Origin: a virus
Reading direction: 5' to 3' (one strand)
Virus record (IMG/VR): IMGVR_UViG_3300037468_000262
Location: 6,657 to 70,656 of that record
DNA length: 64,000 nucleotides
Positions 9,029 to 18,387 of this stretch are shown one piece after another (the first letter of the stretch is position 1; each line of letters starts with the position of its first letter). The notes below the pieces were generated by a model. The model did no database searches. It saw nothing but the letters and a program-made list of their open reading frames with translations, and had not been told where the DNA came from. Both the position numbers and the translations under genes were made by a program.

Positions 9029-9076
9029 CATGGAAAAGCACTACGAAAATTTCAACCATCACGCATAAACCACTGA

Positions 9077-9658
9077 ATGAAAACGAACAGCGTTCTCTGC
9101 CAAATTGACCATCGCGGTCGCTTGACCAAGCCCGAAACTCTGAAAGAGTATGGTAAACTCCGAGACCACATGATTCAGAGACCTTGGGAGTTGCTGAGCG
9201 ACGAGACTTTTATAGACTTAATCACTGAAAAGGGTTGTACCTTCTACGGGTGCTTGTTCAAAGGTCTTGATCTCATGGAGCTACAGTACCAGCGTCTATG
9301 CTGGCACACGCAAACCCTCATCGGCGTAGATTTCGACGAATGCGAAGTTGATCCGGAGGAAATGGTAGACCTTCACTCTCACTTGGGCTATCAACCTTGG
9401 CTCGCCTATCGGACGTTTTCTGATGGGGAATTTCAGGGGAGAAATTCTTACCGCCTACTGTGGAAAGCTCGCGTTAACTTGAATGTTTCCTACGAACGGA
9501 CTCACGCTTTTATTAAAGCTTTTGCTGCACTTGCCGGAGAAGGATTGGCTGACAAGCACAGTATGGACCCGAATCGAATGTGGCAGGGTAGTCGAAAAGG
9601 CTTCACCCATTACGACCCGGAATCCCCTTCACTAGACCTGCAATGCTCAGTACTTTGA
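9077..9658 (+). CDS. Primase-polymerase-like (AEP/VirE N-terminal type) domain protein
   Basis: GVDFD, YRTFS, YRL and D..R motifs. Confidence 0.5.
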   Translation: MKTNSVLCQIDHRGRLTKPETLKEYGKLRDHMIQRPWELLSDETFIDLITEKGCTFYGCLFKGLDLMELQYQRLCWHTQTLIGVDFDECEVDPEEMVDLHSHLGYQPWLAYRTFSDGEFQGRNSYRLLWKARVNLNVSYERTHAFIKAFAALAGEGLADKHSMDPNRMWQGSRKGFTHYDPESPSLDLQCSVL

Positions 9659-9702
9659 CCTAAATCTCCGTAGTTCCCCAAGGTTTTCACGTCACAAGTG
9701 AG

Positions 9703-10149
9703 ATGGCCGAGGACATTGTCAAGGAAGCAGGAAGTCCCCCGGAAGAGTGGTTATTCGGGGCTGTCGATGTGGCGAAACTTCCGGAGTCTTGCCTGCATTT
9801 GGGGCAACAAGCGATTGCTTCTTTGAACGAAGTGACGAAAGATTTCACATGGAGTCTCGGCGGTCAATCACATGCAAAACCAGCAATGGCGTTTGGTCGT
9901 GGAAGCATCCCTTTTCATATTGATGAAATTACAGGGTTGACTTTGCTGATTCTCCTATATTGCCGCCCTTGGCAGTTAGTCCATGATCTAGCAACCTCCG
10001 GTCAATTTTTATCTGAAGACGGGTACACCTCATTGACCTTGGGAAAAGCCCTAGTCTTTAATGATTGCCAGTTTCACGCCTGGTTGACAAACTCGGCCTG
10101 GGCCTTCGCGACGTTCCCAATCGTAAAGGAGCGCAGGCACGCTCCCTGA
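9703..10149 (+). CDS. Small 2OG-Fe(II)/cupin-type dioxygenase-like protein (paralog of 8531)
   Basis: G.GS.PFHID...GLTLL...FNDCQFHAW. Confidence 0.55.
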   Translation: MAEDIVKEAGSPPEEWLFGAVDVAKLPESCLHLGQQAIASLNEVTKDFTWSLGGQSHAKPAMAFGRGSIPFHIDEITGLTLLILLYCRPWQLVHDLATSGQFLSEDGYTSLTLGKALVFNDCQFHAWLTNSAWAFATFPIVKERRHAP

Positions 10150-10263
10150 GGCTCTGTAAGAGCCTTCGCTCCGCTCCGGGCCCAACCCCTTGACCCCGCT
10201 CCGACGCTCCCCTCTCGGCCTTCTGGGCCCCTCTTACGGAGTTCACTTTACAACCTTAAACCA

Positions 10264-10786
10264 TTGAGAAGCAAAGTTGCTTTAACCTTCGGTCGATTTA
10301 ACATAGGCCACTCCGGTCATATTGAGCTGATTGAAAAGTTGCTCACCCACGGCGACATTGCCAAAGTATACGTATCGTCGGGCGGGAAGAACAACGACTG
10401 GAACCTTCGCGTTCTCCTACTCCGTACGTTATGTCGCCAAGCTAAAGTCGACCTAAACAGGGTATCATTTCTCAAGGCTATCAATCCCTTTAGAGCTCTT
10501 TCTGAGACCTTGGGGGGAGGAACACCCAGAGGACATTTCTCTGGTCTTAGGCTCGGATCAAACTCACATGGGCAGAGAACTTTCTCAAAAGTTCGACGTT
10601 TTCTTCTTTGAGAATAGAAGGAGTAATTCAAGTAGCGAAGTTAGAAAAATCTTGGACAAAGGTGAGACTCCGGACCCCTACAAAGAAAACAGGTATGCCT
10701 TCAAACTTTCAAAACTTTTGAGACACGAGGAAGCTTCAAATGAAAAGTTCAGAAAAGCTCAAAGAAAAACTAAGACTGCTGCTTAA
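10264..10786 (+). CDS. HIGH-motif cytidylyltransferase-like protein with +1 frameshift at G6 run (10512-10517)
   Basis: FGRFNIGHSGH in frame 1; LVLGSDQ and SSSEVR (normal C-terminal motifs of this fold) in frame 2. Confidence 0.7.
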
Positions 10787-10961
10787 GGGCTATCCTGGAC
10801 TTAAAGTCAGTTCCCGCTGGCCTTGGGGGGAGCAAACCTTTCAGGAAATTGCCTGGGTAGTTCAAGACTATGTAAATAACAGTGGGGACGTAATAAACGA
10901 AGACCCTCTTCAGGAATGGGTAGAGGAGTATAACTTTTTCCAATTCGAGGTTAAAAAGTAA
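10740..10961 (+). CDS. Hypothetical protein
   Basis: ORF ending just before a promoter cassette. Confidence 0.5.
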   Translation: MKSSEKLKEKLRLLLKGYPGLKVSSRWPWGEQTFQEIAWVVQDYVNNSGDVINEDPLQEWVEEYNFFQFEVKK

Positions 10962-10965
10962 GCTC

Positions 10966-11037
10966 GGGCGGTAAACCGAACCCAAACCGACGGTTGCCAC
11001 CCTTGGCTTAGCCGAGCGAAACAGGTATAGTTATTCT
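10966..11037 (+). promoter_or_regulatory. Repeated promoter cassette copy 4 (TTGGCT-17-TATAGT)
   Basis: GGGCGGTAAACCG, AACCGACGGTT; ATG 6 nt after the -10 box. Confidence 0.8.
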
Positions 11038-11499
11038 ATGAACGAACTCGAAGCCTACGTGATGGTCGGTGCCCCTGGCTCCGGCAAGTCAACCCAAGTT
11101 TCCAAGCTGGTAGCGTCTCACCCAGATGCCGTTGTGATTTCCGGTGATGACATCCGCGCTGAACTCTACGGCGACGCAGACGTCCAAGGCAACTACGTCG
11201 AAATTCACGACCGGATGCTGGAAATTCTCGAAGAGAATGTCGGCCGCACCGTGATCATGGATGGCACCCACTACAGGGCAGCTTACCGCAAGGAAGCTAT
11301 CGATATGCTGAACTCATACGGGTACAACAAAGTTGTTGCGGTAGTAGTCGACAAACCTCTTGCTGTTTGTTTGCGGCAGAACTCTTTGCGGGACCGTAAA
11401 GTTCCCGAGCATGTGATTGAGCTCATGCACAACTCTTTGCAAGCTTCCCTCAAGAATATTACCAACGAGCCCTTCCACCGCATTGACTTCGTCTACTAA
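11038..11499 (+). CDS. P-loop polynucleotide kinase-like protein (AAA_33)
   Basis: GAPGSGKST, D.IR, DGTH....R, R...R.R.VPE.VI motifs. Confidence 0.8.
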   Translation: MNELEAYVMVGAPGSGKSTQVSKLVASHPDAVVISGDDIRAELYGDADVQGNYVEIHDRMLEILEENVGRTVIMDGTHYRAAYRKEAIDMLNSYGYNKVVAVVVDKPLAVCLRQNSLRDRKVPEHVIELMHNSLQASLKNITNEPFHRIDFVY

Positions 11500-11505
11500 A
11501 CTACC

Positions 11506-12225
11506 ATGATCACCTATGATGACAAACTTCAGCCGGGGGACGTAGTCGCCCTCGGAGACATTCACGGAACCTGGAATCTCTTCGAGCAGTTCTTGGAGTG
11601 GGTCGAAGGTAATCAAGCGACCGTTGTCTTACTGGGCGACATGATTGACCGTGGAGGCCAAGACTTGGAGGTCTTGAAAGCAACCAAGCAACTGCTGGAT
11701 GACCCCGAGCATCGCGGACTTCAAGCTTTTTATGCTCTGATGGGCAACCACGAGAGGATGTTTCTTGACGCCATGTTGGTTGACCCGTATGGTCAAGGTT
11801 ACCATCTGTGGATTCAAAACGGGGGTAATTTCGATCAGGCACCTGAGATGGTGAAAGAGCACGCAGCCTGGGTGAAAGAGTTACCGATCTATATGGTAAT
11901 CGGGGATACAATGTTTGTTCACGGGGGTATTTACCCTGGTCACGACCCAGCTAAAGCTGTTGCGGAGAAGCGAGGAGATGCCCTTCTGTGGATGCGCCAA
12001 CCTTTCCTCACGTTTGGCCCTGAGTTTGAGCGTTGGAACCCTAACTTAAAAAGGGTTGTTCACGGTCACACCCCTACAGTTTATGAAGAAGGTGGTCGAG
12101 ACCGAGTGCCAATTCACAAAGGCGACAGGGTGAACATTGACACCGGTGCTTACGTTCGTGAGGGGTGCCTCACTGCCTACAACGTAACTCGAAACACTTT
12201 TCACCAGTTTATAAAACCTAAATGA
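11506..12225 (+). CDS. Ser/Thr protein phosphatase-like metallophosphoesterase
   Basis: GDIHG, GDMIDRG, GNHE, HGHTP and IDTG motifs. Confidence 0.9.
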   Translation: MITYDDKLQPGDVVALGDIHGTWNLFEQFLEWVEGNQATVVLLGDMIDRGGQDLEVLKATKQLLDDPEHRGLQAFYALMGNHERMFLDAMLVDPYGQGYHLWIQNGGNFDQAPEMVKEHAAWVKELPIYMVIGDTMFVHGGIYPGHDPAKAVAEKRGDALLWMRQPFLTFGPEFERWNPNLKRVVHGHTPTVYEEGGRDRVPIHKGDRVNIDTGAYVREGCLTAYNVTRNTFHQFIKPK

Positions 12226-12289
12226 AAGTATACTAACTTCAGGTGGTAAGAGTCTCACCGCTGCTTCTCAAAAGTCACCCAAGCTTATT

Positions 12290-12943
12290 ATGGACTACTT
12301 CGACCTGTACTACTCATACCTTTCCAAGTGTGAAAAGAGTAATTGGATGAATCTTAGGGACCCTAATCATGACGATATGGAGTGGAATCACACTCTGCCC
12401 CAGTGCATATTCAAGGGTCATGGACCAGGTCAGTGGCTAACTATGGAGCAACATGCAATTGCTTCGGCGTTGCAGACGTTGGCGTTTGAGCATGACGTGA
12501 TTTGTGGTTGGCACTGGAAATACTTGCCGGAAGAACTGAGAAAGAAAACAAAAGAGGTGGTTAGCCGCGTAAAAAGCGAACGCATAACAGGAATAAATAA
12601 TCACCAATACGGGAAACCTCACACACAAGAAACGAAAGAAAAAATAGCAAGAACCCTTTCCAATGGGGCGGCAGACGGTTTCAATCGAAAAGGTAAGCTT
12701 CACCCCATGTACGGAAAAAGCCATAATCCCGAGTCGAAAAGAAAAATCTCTGAATCCATGAGAGGAGATAAAAACCACAATTACGGTAAACAAATGTCTC
12801 AAAAGCAGAAAGACGAAATTTCCCTAACGAAAAAGAAAAGGTTTAAATGTTTAGTTACAGGATTTATTAGCAGTTTTTCGGGTTTATCTAAATACCAGAA
12901 TAGTAGGAGGATAGACACTTCACTTCGCATTCAAATCAACTAG
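12290..12943 (+). mobile_element. Free-standing HNH-like homing endonuclease with NUMOD3 repeats
   Basis: EWNH..P / LT..QH N-terminus; repeats HTQETKEKIA and HNPESKRKISES; AT-rich. Confidence 0.7.
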
Positions 12944-12944
12944 T

Positions 12945-13865
12945 ATGAAACGTCTTTTATTGATTGACACCTCTGCGTTATTTTTCCGCTCTCGCTCTGC
13001 GTTGACGCGAACAATGGGAGAAATGGTCACAACATACGGGTCCCCGGTCACCGGAACGTTCGGTTTCCTAAACTCTTTATTTGCCATACTTGCAAAGTAC
13101 GATTACTCTTCGGTTGTACCTTGCGCTGAAGGAGGGAATAACTGGAGAAAACGTGAATCTAACACCTACAAGGTTAATCGGGATACTGCAGGTGCTGTAC
13201 ATTATACTGATCAAAGTTTGTTACTTGAAGAAGTTCTGCCCACCCTTGGTATGAATGTGTCGAAAGTTGAGGGGTTTGAAGCGGATGATGTGATTGCTCA
13301 CATTTCAAGAAACTCGTCAGCATACGATGAAGTTCATGTGTGCAGTTGCGATCGTGACCTGCTACAACTTGTTACCAACAGAGTGAAAGTTTTGTTGTTC
13401 AGCTCCTCTAAAAAAATGGAGTTAGTGGACATTGATTGGGTGTTGAATAATGAGGGTGTGTACCCCTCAGAAATTAAGTTCAAAAAATCTCTGTGTGGTG
13501 ATAAATCAGACAACGTTTCAGGTATCCCTAAAATCGGGAACAAGACCGCTGTGAAAATTATCGAGGAGTGCCGCTCTGAAGGGCCCAGAGAAGGCTTCTC
13601 GATCGCAGATCGGATCACTTTCCATCCGAAAGTTGTATCAAACGCCTCAACTTTCCTCGGAAATTTGCGTCTCGTTACCTTAGAAAACGATGTTCCAGAT
13701 CTCTCGTGGTACGCTTCGTCCCCTCCTATTGAATCACACGTTAAAGCGTTATTTGAAGGGCTTGAGTTCAAGTCATATTTGAAACCTACCCGGTTGGGTA
13801 AAATCTTGAAAGCCCTCAAGGTTTTGACGAATGAGACTAGTAGCAGTTCAGCTCCTAACCCATGA
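12945..13865 (+). CDS. 5'-3' exonuclease / flap endonuclease (Pol I N-terminal like)
   Basis: LLID, YK.NR, EADDVI, DRDLLQL and GDKSDN..GIPKIG.KTA motifs. Confidence 0.92.
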   Translation: MKRLLLIDTSALFFRSRSALTRTMGEMVTTYGSPVTGTFGFLNSLFAILAKYDYSSVVPCAEGGNNWRKRESNTYKVNRDTAGAVHYTDQSLLLEEVLPTLGMNVSKVEGFEADDVIAHISRNSSAYDEVHVCSCDRDLLQLVTNRVKVLLFSSSKKMELVDIDWVLNNEGVYPSEIKFKKSLCGDKSDNVSGIPKIGNKTAVKIIEECRSEGPREGFSIADRITFHPKVVSNASTFLGNLRLVTLENDVPDLSWYASSPPIESHVKALFEGLEFKSYLKPTRLGKILKALKVLTNETSSSSAPNP

Positions 13866-13965
13866 CAAACAAGTCACCTGGTATCATATCCCGTGGGGGG
13901 AAAAGTACCTTGACGATCTGCGTAAGAAAGGTCACATCCTTCAGACTCAGGTTTACTATGAGTGA
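13831..13965 (+). CDS. Small hypothetical protein, 44 aa (MRLVAVQLLTHDKQVTWYHIPWG...)
   Basis: Manual translation; coupled to the next ATG. Confidence 0.45.
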   Translation: MRLVAVQLLTHDKQVTWYHIPWGEKYLDDLRKKGHILQTQVYYE

Positions 13966-14176
13966 GTTGCGAGTACTCGGCAACTTCGCTCTAATTGTTG
14001 GTCAATTTATTCTACTTTTCAAGAGTAGGCAGATCGGACTCCTGACACTTCTCCTTGGTAGTAGCCTCAGCCTCCCTTACTTTCTGAATCAGAAGCAATG
14101 GGATGTTGTTGCGGTTATCGTGATGGGAATCACCCTTAACCTCACCGGTCTTTTCATAAACCCTTTTCACTCTTGA
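13958..14176 (+). CDS. Small membrane protein (MSELRVLGNFALIVGQF...)
   Basis: Hydrophobic helices; start moved to the internal ATG. Confidence 0.6.
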   Translation: MSELRVLGNFALIVGQFILLFKSRQIGLLTLLLGSSLSLPYFLNQKQWDVVAVIVMGITLNLTGLFINPFHS

Positions 14177-14185
14177 GTGTAGAGT

Positions 14186-14254
14186 CGGACAACCGAACCA
14201 CTGAGGCCGGTTTCCACCCTTGCCCCTACAGGGAAGACACGCTAAGATTATAGT
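14186..14254 (+). promoter_or_regulatory. Repeated promoter cassette copy 5 (TTGCCC-17-TAAGAT)
   Basis: CGGACAACCG...CCGGTTTCCACCC-TTG; ATG 6 nt after the -10 box. Confidence 0.7.
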
Positions 14255-14392
14255 ATGGAAAACGACTCGATTCGCTGTAAACTCGGACCTCGTGAGAAAG
14301 GTCGGAAACACAAGGGCAAAGTTAAGCCCCAAGCTCTACGGCAAGCCAAGGCTCGCCGGACTGCTCTCGTTCAAAAGCTCGCTTCAAAATGA
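14255..14392 (+). CDS. Small basic protein, 45 aa (…KVKPQALRQAKARR…), not in ORF track
   Basis: Manual translation; leaderless position; stop overlaps the next ATG (ATGA); resembles a small cyanophage family. Confidence 0.7.
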   Translation: MENDSIRCKLGPREKGRKHKGKVKPQALRQAKARRTALVQKLASK

Positions 14393-14652
14393 CAACCCTT
14401 CCTGTAATTCACTTGAACGGCACCGGAGCCGCTCCACTCACTGCCGAGTACGAGGATGCCTACAGAGCCCTCCAGACGGCTCAGAGCAAGCTAGCCGAAG
14501 CTACCTGTCATCCTCGAGACTTCTATCCCCTCGGAGATCAAGTCTGGCTTCAAGCTCGCGAAGAGCGCGAAATTGCACTCATGAAACTCCGTGATGTAAA
14601 AGAGTACTTAGGTGACTGGGCGAACCATTGCTCCGAACACATTCGAAAATGA
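14389..14652 (+). CDS. Hypothetical protein
   Basis: LP.IHLNGT and HPRDFYP motifs; translational coupling. Confidence 0.7.
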   Translation: MTTLPVIHLNGTGAAPLTAEYEDAYRALQTAQSKLAEATCHPRDFYPLGDQVWLQAREEREIALMKLRDVKEYLGDWANHCSEHIRK

Positions 14653-14993
14653 GTTTTAACATGACCGCAGATAGCAACCTGAGCAAAATCAAACCGAAGC
14701 TGAGGACAGAGGGTCGAGTATCTGGTAACTTCGGCAGAAATAAAGTTGAAGGGAAAAGGCAAACTCTGGACCTGAGCTCCAACACCCTGAACAAAGACAG
14801 TCTAAGAATTCCTGATCCCCGAGAAGTTTACGAAAGGCTAGAACAAGCCTATACTATTACAACAGACCCCGAGCTGAAGGCTTTTTTAGCTGAGATGTTG
14901 AAAAAGCGTAAAGCAACAACCCAGACGAGAGCAGTAGAAAAAACTACTCGCTCCCGGTCCGAATACTGGGAGGAAGTTAACCGTGTACGGTGA
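14649..14993 (+). CDS. Conserved cyanophage hypothetical protein
   Basis: SNLSKIKPKLRTEGRVSGNFGRNKV motif. Confidence 0.65.
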   Translation: MSFNMTADSNLSKIKPKLRTEGRVSGNFGRNKVEGKRQTLDLSSNTLNKDSLRIPDPREVYERLEQAYTITTDPELKAFLAEMLKKRKATTQTRAVEKTTRSRSEYWEEVNRVR

Positions 14994-15228
14994 TCCAGTG
15001 ACTTACAAATCGCCCCTTAGAATATACGAAAACTTTCCCAGCCTTGTAGTTTACAAGTGCTCTAAAACAGAGGCTGTAGTTGGTAAAATTTATAAGACGT
15101 TTGAAGGGAAGTGGTTTTTGGCGACACGCTACATCGGTCACTGGCAACCCATTGAAGTTTTCACCAAGTACCAAGGTTTCCTTTTTCTAAACGAACTTCA
15201 CAAACAACGCACTCAAATCTGAGTCAAA

Positions 15229-15320
15229 CGTTCAGGCTGCTTCGGCAGCCCGGAAGTAGGTGACAAAGGAACGCATTCGTTCAGTCTTTTTACAGACCGG
15301 GATTGTCTCCAAAGGAACGC
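15229..15320 (+). ncRNA. Tandem glutamine riboswitch (glnA RNA motif-like)
   Basis: CGTTC-A-GGCTGC-TTCG-GCAGCC-CGGAAGTAG...AAGGAACGC (15229-15274) then CGTTCAGTC...GACCGG...AAGGAACGC (15278-15320). Confidence 0.75.
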
Positions 15321-15344
15321 GCAAAGCAACCCTAGGAGAACACA

Positions 15345-15464
15345 ATGACTAACACTTCAGACAATTCAACCAAAAGTCTCAACCCTTTGTATCTTATCAA
15401 GAAAAGCCTCATCAAAGAAGGCAAACTAAAAGAAGCACAGCTTGAGATGGCCAAGAAACCTTAA
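15345..15464 (+). CDS. 39-aa peptide downstream of riboswitch (MTNTSDNSTKSLNPLYLIKKSLIKEGKLKEAQLEMAKKP)
   Basis: SD AGGAG at 15334-15338; manual translation. Confidence 0.7.
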   Translation: MTNTSDNSTKSLNPLYLIKKSLIKEGKLKEAQLEMAKKP

Positions 15465-15475
15465 ACCCTCAAAAA

Positions 15476-15736
15476 ATGAGCTATACCCCTATTTTAGTGT
15501 TGCTTCCCGAACCGGAAGCCGAAGAAATTCACCGAGCTGTAAGTCTTTCTAACCAGGAATGGCTTGTTCTTTCTCACTGCGCCGAATCTTTTTCGGCCAC
15601 TTACCGGGAAAGTCACAGTCAAGTGATTGCAACCTATGTAACCCGTGGACAGCTTGATTTAGCTGTAGAAGAAGCGGCAAAAATGAACGTTTTGCTACTG
15701 CAACTCGATAAAATTCAAGCCAAACTTATATCTTGA
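15476..15736 (+). CDS. Hypothetical protein
   Basis: ORF coupled to the next gene. Confidence 0.55.
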   Translation: MSYTPILVLLPEPEAEEIHRAVSLSNQEWLVLSHCAESFSATYRESHSQVIATYVTRGQLDLAVEEAAKMNVLLLQLDKIQAKLIS

Positions 15737-16143
15737 CGAATCGAATGCTCAGCAACGTCCCTCCTGTCGTGTTTGACATTGACATGACATTGACCAGCGA
15801 ATGGTACTACAATGAAGATGTTACTAGGCTTAGAGTCAACAAACCGCTCGTGCAACTTGCGAGAGCACTTGTTGACTCGGGAGTCCCAGTTGTGATTTCA
15901 ACCGCTCGACCTGAACGTTTAAGAATTGACTCACAAGTTTGGCTTCGAGGTATTGGTCTTCGCTACGAAGCCTTATATATGAGGGAAGACGGCGACGATC
16001 GGCCAGACCACTACGTAAAAACTAAACAAGCACTTTCGATTATTGAAGACTTCGGTCGCCCTATATTGTGGTATGACGACAACGTAGACAACTGCAAAGT
16101 TGTTAAAAACTTAGGTATACCTTGCATACAAGTCACCCAATGA
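15733..16143 (+). CDS. HAD-family phosphatase (Pnkp 3'-phosphatase-like)
   Basis: FDIDMTL, STAR, MREDGDDRPD..VK and DD motifs. Confidence 0.8.
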   Translation: MTNRMLSNVPPVVFDIDMTLTSEWYYNEDVTRLRVNKPLVQLARALVDSGVPVVISTARPERLRIDSQVWLRGIGLRYEALYMREDGDDRPDHYVKTKQALSIIEDFGRPILWYDDNVDNCKVVKNLGIPCIQVTQ

Positions 16144-16314
16144 AAAAGAATCGAAAAGAAATAAGTTTAGACCGTCAGGTTAAAATTGACCCGAAAGAGT
16201 CTCAAAACCGCAGGGATTTGATGGCGACAATGGCAGAGATGAGCCAGCACTTGCCTAACGTTTCAATGGAGAAACAAGAGCTGGTAGCCCAGTTTATGGT
16301 GGAACAACTCCGTG

Positions 16315-16381
16315 GGGCGGCCAACCGAACCGAACCGTTCGGTTCAAACCCTAAACCCTAAAGAGAGATTCAAGCTAAACT
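16315..16381 (+). promoter_or_regulatory. Repeated promoter cassette copy 6 (degenerate -35, GCTAAACT -10)
   Basis: GGGCGGCCAACCG-AACCGAACCGTTCGGTTC-AAACCC. Confidence 0.55.
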
Positions 16382-16404
16382 AAAATTACCTAAACAACCC
16401 CCCA

Positions 16405-16641
16405 ATGGAAACCAAGTCCGAAATCTCCATCCCGCTCAGCAGCGAATCTTGGCAACTTTTGCACGACCTTTTGAAGGTGCGGCAATATTCTCTCGAGCGC
16501 GACATTGCTCGGGCAGACGAGACTGACTCTATGGACTACGCACAAATTCTCCTAGACGAAGCTGTCGAATGCAAGAAGATTTCCGACCGGATTTCTTTTA
16601 ACCTCACTCTCACTAGCCTGTCGGAAGTCCTTGCAAAGTAA
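16405..16641 (+). CDS. Hypothetical protein
   Basis: ORF following a promoter cassette. Confidence 0.6.
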   Translation: METKSEISIPLSSESWQLLHDLLKVRQYSLERDIARADETDSMDYAQILLDEAVECKKISDRISFNLTLTSLSEVLAK

Positions 16642-16673
16642 GGCAAAGTTCACTGTTAACCCGCGACGCTTTC

Positions 16674-16982
16674 ATGCTATCTACGAATACCCGGCTAAGG
16701 CTGGTGATTATTGCAGACAAGATCTCAAAAAGTGAGGAAGTTTCCTTCGAGGAAGCAGCCTTCATTCAAAAGTGGGCAAGCCACAATCGTCATGCCTATG
16801 GGATTCTTCAGAAGGCTAGGCGGAGGGCAATCTCGGGGGAGCCTGAGCCGGGGTCGCTTGACGATCTTATCGACGGTATGAACCTCGGCTTTGCAGATCC
16901 TTCCTCTCACTTAATCGGTCCTCAATCTCCAAACGACCTGGCAAACTTTTTTCAAAGCACCACCGTGGCTCAAAATGACTGA
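16674..16982 (+). CDS. Conserved cyanophage hypothetical protein
   Basis: MLST..RLRL...ARR...LG..DP pattern. Confidence 0.7.
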   Translation: MLSTNTRLRLVIIADKISKSEEVSFEEAAFIQKWASHNRHAYGILQKARRRAISGEPEPGSLDDLIDGMNLGFADPSSHLIGPQSPNDLANFFQSTTVAQND

Positions 16983-17205
16983 CAACCTCCCAGAAGAAAG
17001 CCCTGAGCTCTACGACGATTGCTTCCGCGTAGAACAAAGTGCGCGAAAAACCTGGAACTCTCTGGACAAAGATGGAACCAAACTGGTCACCTCGCTGTCG
17101 AAAGAACTCTGCATTGACGCAACCCGTTTCTACCTGAAGGGCAAACAGGAAGCTTCCCTAGAAAATGTTAAAACTTACGAAGGAACTGTCGGAGGGAAAC
17201 TTTGA
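16975..17205 (+). CDS. Conserved cyanophage hypothetical protein
   Basis: TRFYLKG...GTVGGKL C-terminus. Confidence 0.7.
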   Translation: MTDNLPEESPELYDDCFRVEQSARKTWNSLDKDGTKLVTSLSKELCIDATRFYLKGKQEASLENVKTYEGTVGGKL

Positions 17206-17354
17206 CTACTGAGAGTAAACTCGAAACCTTGGACCCCTCAACACCCTGGTACGAGTTTCTTTCATACTGTGAAGTTTGTAGGAGTTTAGGGGTGACTCCG
17301 TCTGTTGGTCGTTTCACCCGGTATCGAAACTACTTAAAATCTCTTCAATCATGA
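17202..17354 (+). CDS. Small hypothetical protein, 50 aa (…DPSTPWYEFLSYCEVCRSLG…)
   Basis: Manual translation; TTG start overlaps the upstream stop and its stop overlaps tmk. Confidence 0.55.
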   Translation: MTTESKLETLDPSTPWYEFLSYCEVCRSLGVTPSVGRFTRYRNYLKSLQS

Positions 17355-18025
17355 TTTCTAAACACAGAGGACAACTAATAACCTTTGAAGGTATCGACGG
17401 CTGCGGAAAGACTACCCAATTGAAGGCTGTTGCCGAATGGTTGCCTACGAGCGGATTACTTCCGGAAGGAGCCGGAGTTGTAACAACTAGAGAGCCAGGG
17501 TGCATTCCTGGTATTAGACAACTTCTTAAAGACCCGGACACTGTGATCACATCTAGGGCAGAGCTTCTGCTTTTGATGGCAGACCGGGCTCAGCATGTTG
17601 AAACCGTGATTAAGCCTGAACTTGAAAAGGGAAGCTGGGTGTTGTGCGACCGCTTCTACGCAAGTACCCTGGCCTACCAAGGTTGGGGGCGAGCATTAGG
17701 GTGGCAAGCAGTCAAGCAAGCTCATGAACTTGCTTCAGGGCTGTTGTACCCAGATCTGGAACTATTCTTCGACGTTCCAGCCGACGAAGCCTTGGCAAGG
17801 TTGAAGCGTAGAGAAGGCAGCGAATTTGCCGGCGACCGGTTCGAAGTGCAGGGACGACCTTTCGTTGATCGCTTAGTAGACGGGTTTGATACTTCTACTA
17901 AATTACCCTTCCTTAAGGAATACCCTCACACTACGATCGACGGGTGTCGTAAACCTGAAGAGGTTACTGCCGAGTGTATTCAGACAATTTCGAGGTTAGG
18001 CCGCCTCTGGGGGTCTCAGCTATGA
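17351..18025 (+). CDS. tmk: Thymidylate kinase
   Basis: FEGIDGCGKTTQ, TREPG, DRAQH, CDRF..S..AYQG. Confidence 0.93.
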   Translation: MISKHRGQLITFEGIDGCGKTTQLKAVAEWLPTSGLLPEGAGVVTTREPGCIPGIRQLLKDPDTVITSRAELLLLMADRAQHVETVIKPELEKGSWVLCDRFYASTLAYQGWGRALGWQAVKQAHELASGLLYPDLELFFDVPADEALARLKRREGSEFAGDRFEVQGRPFVDRLVDGFDTSTKLPFLKEYPHTTIDGCRKPEEVTAECIQTISRLGRLWGSQL

Positions 18026-18384
18026 AGCCTTTCCTACATGGGCGAAAACACGCCAAGAAGTACGGCGGGTCGCCAGACGATTACGCTGACATCGACGACT
18101 TCATCGACAGCAGCAAGATTGCGTTTCCGGACATTCGGCACCGTGCGCTGTTGCACTCTTCTTTCGGGTGTTTCGTCGTCGAGCAAATGTTCGGACGCAC
18201 TCGTGTAAACTCTGCGGGAGTGACTTACTCTCCGCGAGACATTGCCGAAGACCACATCATTCAAGATCTGGGTTTTATCCCCACAGTCGAGAAATACCTG
18301 AACAATATGGAAATTCAACCGTGGATGTCAGGTACCAACAAATCACCAAACAAACGAACCAAATTCATTCCAATCGGAGACTAA
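18022..18384 (+). CDS. DUF6915-like protein
   Basis: H...K.YGG...DY..I..F.DSSK, RHRALLH, E.H...DLGFIPT. Confidence 0.7.
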   Translation: MKPFLHGRKHAKKYGGSPDDYADIDDFIDSSKIAFPDIRHRALLHSSFGCFVVEQMFGRTRVNSAGVTYSPRDIAEDHIIQDLGFIPTVEKYLNNMEIQPWMSGTNKSPNKRTKFIPIGD

Positions 18385-18387
18385 ACC

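Noticed and set aside
12290-12943. Homing endonuclease as part of a group I intron
   Set aside because: Flanking phosphatase and exonuclease genes look complete and there is no room for intron core elements; the same applies to 47434
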